This document shows, piece after piece, positions 10,401-18,700 of a stretch of 64,000 bases of DNA. The DNA is from a virus. The translations under genes and the position numbers were made by a program. The notes beneath the pieces were generated by a model. That model saw nothing but the letters and a program-made list of their open reading frames with translations, was not told the origin of the DNA and searched no databases. The DNA lies in IMG/VR virus record IMGVR_UViG_3300045988_071280, one strand, 5' to 3'. Within the stretch, counting starts at the first letter, position 1, and the number at the start of each line of letters is the position of its first letter.

Positions 10401-11904
10401 TATTTAAATTAATAGAAGAAATTCCTGGATAATTTGATGTCGGACTAAATTGTAAATAACCTTGATTATATTTAAATTCCCCAGGAATTATATCTCCAGT
10501 CTTTTTATTAATAGCATAAATCCCCGTCGATTTATATGGTCTACCACTACTTAGATAACTCTCAACATTCTGAGGATTATTTATTCCAATAAATTCATAA
10601 TCTTCAACAGCTTGATTATCTCCTATATAAGGATTAAAATAATCAATACCATATTCTTCTCCTTCCGGAAGATTTAATAACTTAGCTAATTTATAGTAAG
10701 CATTATAACTCTGTTCTTTATCCCAATCTTTCTTATATTTAATATTCTCAGCATTTTTTCTCCAACTATATACTTCTGGATTATATATATCATTTAAATA
10801 TTTAACATTACTTCCTACATAATCCTTAATCTTTTCATAAGGTATATAATCAGTATCATACCATCCAGATTTTAACATATATGTAGCTGGGTTAGATTCA
10901 AACGGAAAATAGCCTCTTAATCCCACAAGATTCCCAGAAGAATCTTTTTCTCTTAATCCTTCTTTAGTGACTACTATATTTTTTCCGTTAAAATTATAAC
11001 TTAGAGGAGCATTTTCTGGTAGATTATTTGTTTTCCTTATTTCATCCTCTTCTTTCTTAATCTGTTCTTCGGATTTAGTAGATCCTTGAGTAGAAGAATT
11101 TTGTTGGTTTGAATCTCCAAAAATATATTTCCATATATAATCACCAAAACGCTGATTATTCTTCTGTTCTTCCCAATCAAATTCTGAATTAGGATCCCCA
11201 TTTCTACCTTGAGATAAATCTTCTATAAATTGATCGTACTCCTGTATAGATTTAAAAGGAAGATTCTCATATCCCTTAAATGGAGTTTTATCTTCTGATG
11301 ATAAATACTCATAAAATCTTCTTCTATTATTTTCTAAAGCCCTAATTACATCATCAATCCTTTCAGAAGTATTTTTCCTATTATATACTTCCTGATTAAT
11401 CTTTCCTCCCCATACGGAATTAATTAATTCTCTAGGATTCCATGACACATCTATTTTATCAGGTTCTTGTAAAGTATTAGAATATTCAGTGAGATTTAAA
11501 AAGTTATTATCTATAGCTTTAGCTAAATAATCACTACTATATTTATCACCTAAATTAAATCCTTCTGAGTTGTTATATTTAATATCAAATCCACTTGGAG
11601 TACTATTAATCTCTTGTATATCACCTTTACTTAGAGCATCTAAAAATCTATTATAAGAAGCATCTACTCCAGATCCTCTTCTTCTATAAGAGTTTTTTAA
11701 ATTTCGGGAGTCATCAGAACTAACCCAATTCTGGAGTTTTTCTTTAGCTTCTTTTATATCGTATTTTTTACCGTTAATAGTAATTGTCTTTGTTTCCTGC
11801 TCTTTTTTATTATAAAGGTCTTGTAATTTTTGCTTCCTTTTATTATATTCTTCTATATTTGAAGGAGATTTACCTCCAGTTTCAAATTTAGGAACTTGTG
11901 CCAT
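7444..11904 (-). CDS. very large internal/ejection or tape-measure-like virion protein, 1486 aa
   Basis: 1486-aa ORF with a central Gly/Ala-rich hydrophobic block (LALDVAGLASTAALGVGNAVGAATGLG...) and long K/E-rich coiled regions. The x-x-G-G motif recurs (KFETGG, MYQEGG, HKDGG, FKNGG, KYQDGG, FRFGG). Confidence 0.6.
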   Translation of the reverse strand: MAQVPKFETGGKSPSNIEEYNKRKQKLQDLYNKKEQETKTITINGKKYDIKEAKEKLQNWVSSDDSRNLKNSYRRRGSGVDASYNRFLDALSKGDIQEINSTPSGFDIKYNNSEGFNLGDKYSSDYLAKAIDNNFLNLTEYSNTLQEPDKIDVSWNPRELINSVWGGKINQEVYNRKNTSERIDDVIRALENNRRRFYEYLSSEDKTPFKGYENLPFKSIQEYDQFIEDLSQGRNGDPNSEFDWEEQKNNQRFGDYIWKYIFGDSNQQNSSTQGSTKSEEQIKKEEDEIRKTNNLPENAPLSYNFNGKNIVVTKEGLREKDSSGNLVGLRGYFPFESNPATYMLKSGWYDTDYIPYEKIKDYVGSNVKYLNDIYNPEVYSWRKNAENIKYKKDWDKEQSYNAYYKLAKLLNLPEGEEYGIDYFNPYIGDNQAVEDYEFIGINNPQNVESYLSSGRPYKSTGIYAINKKTGDIIPGEFKYNQGYLQFSPTSNYPGISSINLNKLNVNPVEGRDLTLGSKFLADLYSKYGLYDNKIKPFLGLKYTPMSNYAGTGYIPSGVGMYQEGGILRNSISSDLQDKQSASMSDVFSGELLSAADKADLTALALDVAGLASTAALGVGNAVGAATGLGSTISTAIADYKRDDDWSWSDTGNLILNLGMDAATLIPGLGTIAKGAKVTKAIKTAAPILRKAFTALGLGTSLTALGKVMSGEELTINDWRLLANGLNAVTGIGRNVAGKKLYTQKAGAGELSKPIEVNVNGKTKEVLFKNNEVEGFNKMSTEDKLTTVKTKLKSQYTDLTDEDLSNIKIPKGKWYNPFTRGVGKVKETKVAGRELTPETLDKIKNNKLSSFQKGLVAEQAYYRRGNIQKQLEDNNIYLGQTLGAPTVVYYGKLTEKVPGKINLRAPRSEILEQKEQLIHNVVNPTKGPTDAELNSSILEQMQFTPFGTTRRLAEPSGRASRMTKSDVKKAQDKIYIYSDEGKAEIAKNKQKLEEAKKRRQLAYLKGQETKRRNELGYKEENKNLSRIVTTPNESVSNQNDERILNLLIKAEEDAALRKRINAQEYQAASKHSSKKKTVSKKKSKDVGDRLPKKHKDGGTLDYFFIRNKLLKERDKYELGSKEWIEANKKVKEFKNGGVIKYQDGGVTPTNILEEVVVTRKSPSRIRRIDSEVLNNNTFDFNLKSMNTPSLNTPITKSSTGSNVESQNYLPTKSSLGSIPLTTISSLASAIQKTAANNKIYKTLRKNLRPSLINLPTDLNYSIQGNEGVRQAYYKQAANLEGLTRTPLTSDADRQLAYNLEVAKNAAEARLQGDLANEQAIQQSREKAFQVNANNLMRREEAANRNRLATTEYLNTLANLKAQKIGQNANIWDTFLHDVTEQTKQYINTNNARKVNEQLLDSQYKNARLSTEDSITASDLQRRLDALYQKEEYKKDPTKLFLDPEYKNIINAQKELQLKGLKRNIDLQKLGLSGQYPKVFRFGGIIKK

Positions 11905-11920
11905 AGTTAATGATTAAAGT

Positions 11921-11955
11921 AAAAAAATGGAGTATTATATTTAAATAATACCCCA
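11921..11955 (-). terminator. rho-independent terminator
   Basis: On the minus strand, a hairpin TGGGGTATTAT-loop-ATAATACTCCA is followed by T7. It lies just downstream of the 11967-12245 gene. Confidence 0.6.
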
Positions 11956-11966
11956 TCTAAGATAAT

Positions 11967-12245
11967 TTATTGTCTTTTCTTTACTACTAATTTTCCTCCT
12001 CGACGCGCCATTACAGGCTCAGTAGGAGCTTCTGCTTGAGCAGCTTGTCCCTGAGTCATTTCGACTAACGCTGAACATACCGCCAATGCAGCTTGACAAT
12101 CCTGATTTTGAGTTGCCTGAGCAGCTAATTGAAGAATTTGTTGAAAGATTTGTTCTGGACTAGGTTGAGCCTGAGTAGCAGGTTCCGCGGGCATAGTTCC
12201 GCCCTCTTGTAAGATTTTTACTTTAAATTTTTCGTTTACTTTCAT
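11967..12245 (-). CDS. small virion-associated protein, 92 aa
   Basis: ORF with a leader ending in ILQEGG, an A/Q-rich core and a basic C-terminus. It has its own promoter-like motif upstream and a terminator downstream. Confidence 0.55.
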   Translation of the reverse strand: MKVNEKFKVKILQEGGTMPAEPATQAQPSPEQIFQQILQLAAQATQNQDCQAALAVCSALVEMTQGQAAQAEAPTEPVMARRGGKLVVKKRQ

Positions 12246-12273
12246 TTCTTTAATATTTAACGTTAAACTTGTA

Positions 12274-12281
12274 CAAAGTTA
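12274..12281 (-). promoter_or_regulatory. Bacteroidota-type -7 promoter element (TAnnTTTG)
   Basis: The minus strand reads TAACTTTG about 29 nt upstream of the ATG at 12245, inside a 150-nt intergenic gap. Confidence 0.35.
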
Positions 12282-12394
12282 GGATTTTGTATATAAAAAT
12301 CCTATTGTTTGGTAGTATTTAATAATTCTGAATTATTTACCACCTTTTGAACCTTTACCTTTAGATTTGCTTTTAGATTTACAAGCCATAATGT

Positions 12395-12967
12395 TTAGGA
12401 TTTAAATTTGTTAGATATATATGTATTTACCTCATCTATTCTATTTAACCATCCTTTTAAAAATTTACTTTGAGAAGGTTTTCTATCTACTATTGATTGA
12501 TAATATTCTTTTCTTTGGGAAATAAATTCTTGAAGCAGATTTTTAGAATTGCATAAATTCGCTAATCTAATTGTAGTTGGTCCAATTTTCCCATCTATAT
12601 CTAAGGATTGTCCTAAATTTGAAATAGCTTTTTGAAGGCATTTAACACCATTAGAAACACCAGCATTAACGGAATGGTCTAATAGATGGGCTGAGATATA
12701 AATGTTGCTTATATCATCTATTTTACATTTATCATAAAAATTATCTTTATAGAATTGTTCTACTAAATCTTCTAATTCTTTAACTGTTGTTATAATCTGT
12801 CCTCTTTTTAATGGTTTAAATTTATCAATAATCCTCCATCCTTCCCATTTAGGGAAATTAGCACGGGATATTCCACAATATGTCTCCTTCCCGGAGTCGT
12901 CGGGGTCAAATACATAACCTCCCTCGTTTTTTAGGATCATTGATATAAGAATGTGGGATTTATTCAT
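12395..12967 (-). CDS. GH108-family lysozyme (muramidase) with C-terminal PG_binding_3-like domain
   Basis: The N-terminal segment LKNEGGYVFDPDDSGKETYCGIS matches the GH108 signature (EGG-Y-x-D-x-D-x-G-x-T-x-x-GI). The 190-aa size and the C-terminal half are typical of GH108 plus a peptidoglycan-binding module. Confidence 0.75.
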   Translation of the reverse strand: MNKSHILISMILKNEGGYVFDPDDSGKETYCGISRANFPKWEGWRIIDKFKPLKRGQIITTVKELEDLVEQFYKDNFYDKCKIDDISNIYISAHLLDHSVNAGVSNGVKCLQKAISNLGQSLDIDGKIGPTTIRLANLCNSKNLLQEFISQRKEYYQSIVDRKPSQSKFLKGWLNRIDEVNTYISNKFKS

Positions 12968-12988
12968 TTAAATATATATTTATTAATA

Positions 12989-13660
12989 TTATTTAGTCTT
13001 TACATATTCCGGATCATTATTATCCTGAATTTTCATGTATTTAAATACAGACTTACCTAATCTCTTATATGCGGAATCTGTTTTTAATTTCTCTGCTTTT
13101 TTAGCTTGGCGAATTAAGACTCTAGTATTCTTCCTAGAAAATATTCTCTCTCCACCTTTTATTTTATACTGTACTTTACCGTTAGTAGAAAGTATCTCCA
13201 ATAAATCTTCTAAATCATCAATATCATTCTCTATCTTGTCTTTAGGAGATTCATCCTCTAAATCTTCTAAATAATCTAATTTTTCTTCAAGTACTTCATC
13301 TAATCCCTCAAACTCTACACTTTCTCCAGATCGAATTCCGGAATTATTAGATACCTCTAATACGAATAATACATTCTTTTCAGATATAATACTTGTATCA
13401 TTAGGTTTCCCTTCTTTATTAGATATTACTTTAAATTCTGGAGAGATGAAGATTATATCTAAATATAAAGGAGTATCTTTCATCCAATAATTTACTTCTT
13501 CTTGTACTTCTGGATATATAAATAGAAGCCCTTGATTTTTAGATAAACTTTCTATATGCATAAATCCATGTTCTCTTTCCCAGTCATCTATAGCAGTATC
13601 ACAGAGGTATTCTTTATTATGTACTTTAACTTTTACAATTGATTTTTTTAATTCTGACAT
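12989..13660 (-). CDS. DUF192-domain protein with acidic/basic C-terminal extension
   Basis: The pattern EREHGFMH...QGLLFIYPE...NYWMKDTPLYLDIIFIS...FVLEV...G...GESVEF follows the DUF192 (COG1430) consensus. Confidence 0.65.
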   Translation of the reverse strand: MSELKKSIVKVKVHNKEYLCDTAIDDWEREHGFMHIESLSKNQGLLFIYPEVQEEVNYWMKDTPLYLDIIFISPEFKVISNKEGKPNDTSIISEKNVLFVLEVSNNSGIRSGESVEFEGLDEVLEEKLDYLEDLEDESPKDKIENDIDDLEDLLEILSTNGKVQYKIKGGERIFSRKNTRVLIRQAKKAEKLKTDSAYKRLGKSVFKYMKIQDNNDPEYVKTK

Positions 13661-13669
13661 AATTATATA

Positions 13670-14482
13670 TTATTTAAAATAAGGATCCTCATCATCAGCA
13701 TAATAATTCTTCATGTTATCTCTTAACAAATAAGATCCTACTTTGGGATTAAATTTAATATCTTCTCTAATTTCCAAGGATTTTTCTCTTTTAGGAATAG
13801 TGTATTTTCCTGTAACTATAGAAGGAAAGTCGTATGTATCATTTACTTTGATAGTATTATTATCCTTATCCCATTGAATGGTAAAATTCCCGAAAAGATC
13901 TAATCCTGTTGCAAAATGCTGATTCTTATCCGGACGTTCTATATATTTAACAGTTAATCCTTCATTAACTACTTTCGGCTCTCCAGATTCTAGTACCTCT
14001 TTTCCAGTTCTATATATTTTTTCTAATCTAGATTTACTAGGTAATTCTGGAAATTTTTCTATATATTTATCATAATTACGTAGAATTTTACCTACATTTA
14101 AGGTATCTACCATAGATTGTACTCTACGGGCTACAGGTTGTGGGATTCCTACATATTCAGTATTTTTAGGATCTTTATCTTTGTCAGCATTTATCCTAGC
14201 TTTGGAAGATTTTATTAATCTCGAATCCTTTCCTAAATTTAAATAATGTTTAAAGAAAGCCTCTTCAATAGGAGTTGCTAATTCCCTTTCTTCTCGGATT
14301 GGAACTGGAGTATTAGTATAATTTAAATATGGAAGACGTATGTAATAAGGAGCACTCCAATAACCATCAGCTGGATTGAGAAAATTATATACTCTCTCTG
14401 CTTGAGTTTGTTTTATATTACTTTTTCCTCCATTCTGATACTTTTGTATTAAATAAGAATTTACTCTATTTAAATTTAACAT
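13670..14482 (-). CDS. virion protein, 270 aa
   Basis: ORF in the structural operon. Its N-terminal leader ends in QKYQNGG. Confidence 0.5.
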   Translation of the reverse strand: MLNLNRVNSYLIQKYQNGGKSNIKQTQAERVYNFLNPADGYWSAPYYIRLPYLNYTNTPVPIREERELATPIEEAFFKHYLNLGKDSRLIKSSKARINADKDKDPKNTEYVGIPQPVARRVQSMVDTLNVGKILRNYDKYIEKFPELPSKSRLEKIYRTGKEVLESGEPKVVNEGLTVKYIERPDKNQHFATGLDLFGNFTIQWDKDNNTIKVNDTYDFPSIVTGKYTIPKREKSLEIREDIKFNPKVGSYLLRDNMKNYYADDEDPYFK

Positions 14483-14502
14483 AGCATTATATATAAAAGG
14501 CT

Positions 14503-14540
14503 ATATTTAAATAGAATATATTTCAATTCTATTTAAATAT
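14503..14540 (-). terminator. AT-rich 15-bp hairpin, possible terminator/attenuator
   Basis: ATATTTAAATAGAAT-loop-ATTCTATTTAAATAT lies directly downstream of the stop at 14548. The trailing T-run is weak. Confidence 0.35.
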
Positions 14541-14547
14541 ACCTACA

Positions 14548-15747
14548 TTATTCAGTTTCTTTAATTACTTTACCCTTATCGATAGTATTATGTAATATCT
14601 CCTTAACTAGTAACTTTCCTGCCTCAATAGCAGCTTCATCAGTATCTTCTTTATATAATTCCTCTAATTTCTCAGTGACTTCTAATCTAAGAATCAACTC
14701 TTCCCGTTCTATTTCCGCTACTTGAGATATCTTATCCCCTTCCTTTAATATAACAGGAATACCTTTTCTAGATATATCTTCTGTATCTAAATGATGAAGT
14801 TCTTTATGTAATTTACCTTCTGGAATTATATTCTTTTCTCCAATCTTACCACCATCTTTATATTTAAGGATATTTTTCTGAGATTTAGCATATTTAATTC
14901 TAAAAGATTCTAGGAATTTAAATCCATCTCTTCCGAATCGGATATTATTTAATCCTCCCGATTGTTCTAGTTGTAATTTATTTGCGAACATATCAGAAGA
15001 ACTTGCTGCTCTTGCTGATTTATCTGATGCATCTGTTAAGATATCATCTATAGTATCTTGATATCCCTGAGCTTTATCCATTTTTCTATTAGCTTTTTTT
15101 CTAGCTTTACTAGAATATAAACCATATTTTTTTCCACTTAATGTTCCAGCATCCGAAATAAATTTACCAGTTCCGGTATAAGAAGAGTTGTTCGCTATAT
15201 TTTGATCTACAGTAAATGTTCTAGATTTTTTTCCGCCGAAATTATTAATCATTGCTGCTGGAGTAAGAGAAAGTAATTTACTCCCAAGAATAGCATCTGA
15301 TTTAGTCATAGCATCATTATAATTACCAAATTTACTTATAATATCAGATACAAGACCACCAACTTTCATAATTCCTCCTACTAAAGGATTTATCATCATT
15401 ACTATATTAGAAGCAGAATCAAATGCTTTATCTCCAGCTTTTTTTAAATCCGCATATTTTCCTGTAGGTTCTTTTCTTCCTATAAGAGTAGAAGTAATAT
15501 CTGCTGCTTGTCCTATAATATTCCCAGTAGATGCCGATTTACTTATTCCAGAATTATTATTTAAATTAGCACTAGCTACTGTACCTTTAAACTTATTCCA
15601 TCCTCTACCTAAAGCTCCGGATCCGGTTTTTCCTAAAGTAGCATTTTGTAATGCCATTGTATTTAATTTAAGAGGTTCGCTAGCACTAACTGCACCAATT
15701 AATGGTTCGCTTGATGTGAGTACTCCTCCAATATTAAATTTTTTCAT
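14548..15747 (-). CDS. virion protein, 399 aa
   Basis: ORF with leader MKKFNIGG, a Gly/Ser/Ala-rich N-terminal half, an internal KYKDGG and an acidic C-terminal part. Confidence 0.5.
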   Translation of the reverse strand: MKKFNIGGVLTSSEPLIGAVSASEPLKLNTMALQNATLGKTGSGALGRGWNKFKGTVASANLNNNSGISKSASTGNIIGQAADITSTLIGRKEPTGKYADLKKAGDKAFDSASNIVMMINPLVGGIMKVGGLVSDIISKFGNYNDAMTKSDAILGSKLLSLTPAAMINNFGGKKSRTFTVDQNIANNSSYTGTGKFISDAGTLSGKKYGLYSSKARKKANRKMDKAQGYQDTIDDILTDASDKSARAASSSDMFANKLQLEQSGGLNNIRFGRDGFKFLESFRIKYAKSQKNILKYKDGGKIGEKNIIPEGKLHKELHHLDTEDISRKGIPVILKEGDKISQVAEIEREELILRLEVTEKLEELYKEDTDEAAIEAGKLLVKEILHNTIDKGKVIKETE

Positions 15748-15757
15748 TTTAATTTAT

Positions 15758-18700
15758 TTAACAAAAACTTATTTCAAACATTGTTTGTAATGCGGTAATA
15801 ATAACTCTCTTATCTCCACTATATTTAACTCTAATCTTTATATACTTATCTCTAGGTCTAGTTTCTTCAATTTTTAATTTAATATTCCCTTTACTCCCTC
15901 TTTGATATTTAAAAGGTTCTAAAGTTACATTAACAAAATCTTCTTGATATCTAGTATTACCTTTAATAATACCACAAGTAGACATATCCTTAATAGGTTG
16001 AATTCTTCTTAAACTATACTCAGATAATCTATCGTCATAAAATATAATAGCAGAACTTCCGATGTTATTATTATTACAATCTTTATTATCAATGAATTTT
16101 ATATAATTATCTACTTCATTTTCTTCTTTCTCTCCCTTTTGTACTAAATATGAACCTTCTTTTAAATCTGGGACGTTAGAGAAATCATAAGCATCACCAA
16201 TTACTTCAAATGAGACTAATTCTGGGAGGACATTATTTGAGATGATAAAGAGATTTGTGAAAACTTTATGGTATCCAACATTTTTATTTACAACAAATTC
16301 GAATTCAAATGGGTCATATGATAGAGGTACTCCTTTTGAATCTCGCTCTTTATACCATGAAGTTGGGTAGATTTTTTCTTTGTTGTCAAATATTCCAGCT
16401 ACTCCGTGTCTCCAGAAATAAGTAGGATTTTCCCAATATTCCTCAGATGTTCTTAAATATACAATATCATTATATCTATTACTAACATCTACTCCAATTT
16501 CTTCTATATTATCAGTTATTGATTCATTTCTTCCTCTAACTAATTCTGCCTGTATATTTAAAGAATAGTATATGGAAGATATATCAATATCTTCTCCTTT
16601 ACTATATTTATTTCTTATATTAGAGTCTGATGATTTTAAAACTAGATAAGTTGTAATATTCTTAATATTATCAGATGTACCTTCTTCATATGTAACTAAT
16701 TTAAAATCATCATTATCTGGATAATCTTCCGAATTATTAAAACTGTATTTAGAATATTTAATTCTGAATTTATCAGAGTCTAAATTTAATTTAATATGTA
16801 ACTTCCCTATAATAATATCTTTAGTTATTCCAGAATTTATTAAATTAGGAATCTCTACTCCGGAATAATTAACCCTTAATTTAGAATTATTTGGATCTTC
16901 TAAATTATATTTAGATAATATATTAGTATATTTATTATCTTCAAAAACACTTCCTAAAACTATTCCGTAAGAACTCTTAGAATTTTTCCAAGAAGAGGCT
17001 ACTCTAGAAGTAGATTTAGAATCTTCCTTATTACTAGAAAAGTATACGTTAGAAATATTTTCTGACATTAATGGAATCCACGAATATCTTGTTGTCCATA
17101 ATTGTAACTTCTCATTATAACATAGATTCCACTCTTTAGATGTTATCAGTTCTCCTACATTGTTGCTTTCTTTAACATCATCATAGAATGTAAACATTAC
17201 ATCAAATTTAAATTTGTTATAATGAGTTTTTACATTTCTAACTCCAACAAGAGGTTCTCTTTCTCTTTCTAGTAAAGAAATATTATCATTTAAATATTTT
17301 TGTATCTTAAAGTCCGAAATTACTTCAAAAGTTCTTCCATTAGTTCTCCATATTTTCTTAGCTATAGTATCTACCCCATAAACAAAATTATCCGTTCTCA
17401 ATATAGAATCTTTCCACTGAGAACCATACATTTTAGATAATAAAATTGGACGTTCTGGAAGAACATTGTTAGAATTTAAATATACAGGATTATTTAATTC
17501 TCCAGCTGTTTGAATTCTTTCGTTTACAGGAATTAATCCAGTTCCTCTTTCGAATACAACAATTAAATTTCCGAACCATTCTACAATTGAGGTTATATTA
17601 CCATATTCATGATTATAATCTTTATAATTATTTAACTGAAATACTCTATATGAATTTTTATATGCATCTGATATAAATATATCTGAATACATTATTCTAT
17701 TTGAAAACTCATTTTTTATATAAGGAACATCTGGAACGACAAAATGATATTTATCAGAAGTAGAACTATTTAATCCTGAATTATATAAAGTACTTTCTGG
17801 AATTTTATATTCTCCAGAAGTATTAAATCTAGATATAGGATAGAATGTTCTAGGATGTCCATTGAGTGCAACTTCTGATACATTTGTTTCATCTTCACAT
17901 CGTAATGCAAAATTTATATTAGACGCACAATTAAATGTAACCCAATGTCCAATTCCCACTGCATTAACATCTCCTCTATTTATTAATTCCGCTTTTTCTA
18001 AATCAAGAGCTCCAGTATCAGATCCGGAATAATTATTTTCCCATGTATTAGGATCTACTATAGTATCATTAGTTGGACTTTCAGGATCTTGAAAATTTCT
18101 ACACATTCTATGAGTAAAGCTCCCATAATAACAATCTCCTCTATAACATATCATAGAATCGTTAGTATATTCCCAAGCTTGTCGATCTGAAATAGAGTAA
18201 TATGAAGATAAATCACTAAATCTAGATTTAAAATAATCCTTCATTAAGGATTCATTATATCCAGGAATCATTACCTCAAATATCCTACAATTTCCAATAA
18301 TTCCCTCAGTTCCTACATAAGGACCCCAAGACCCTCGTAAAAGATTTTTAGCTGTTCTACTAGTATCTTCTTTATAAAAATATTTAAATTTATAAGCAAC
18401 TTCTGCTTCTCCAGCTCTAGATGAGAAATCAGTAGTTCCAGATGTTTTTAATTGTATATTATCATCTATATATGTAAGACTTACATCTTTTATAGTAGAT
18501 ATATCTGAAGTAGTATTATCTTTATATCCATCTATATAATAATGTCTTTCATTATTTCCTTGAATAAAATATTTTTTGTTTGACTGTATAGAAGATTCCC
18601 TACATACAAATTTAGATCCATTAAATATTTGAGAGTAAAATTCTGAGTTTAATTCTGCTTCTGGAATTATAGAAGCATAAGATGTAGCAAAAGTTGTTGT

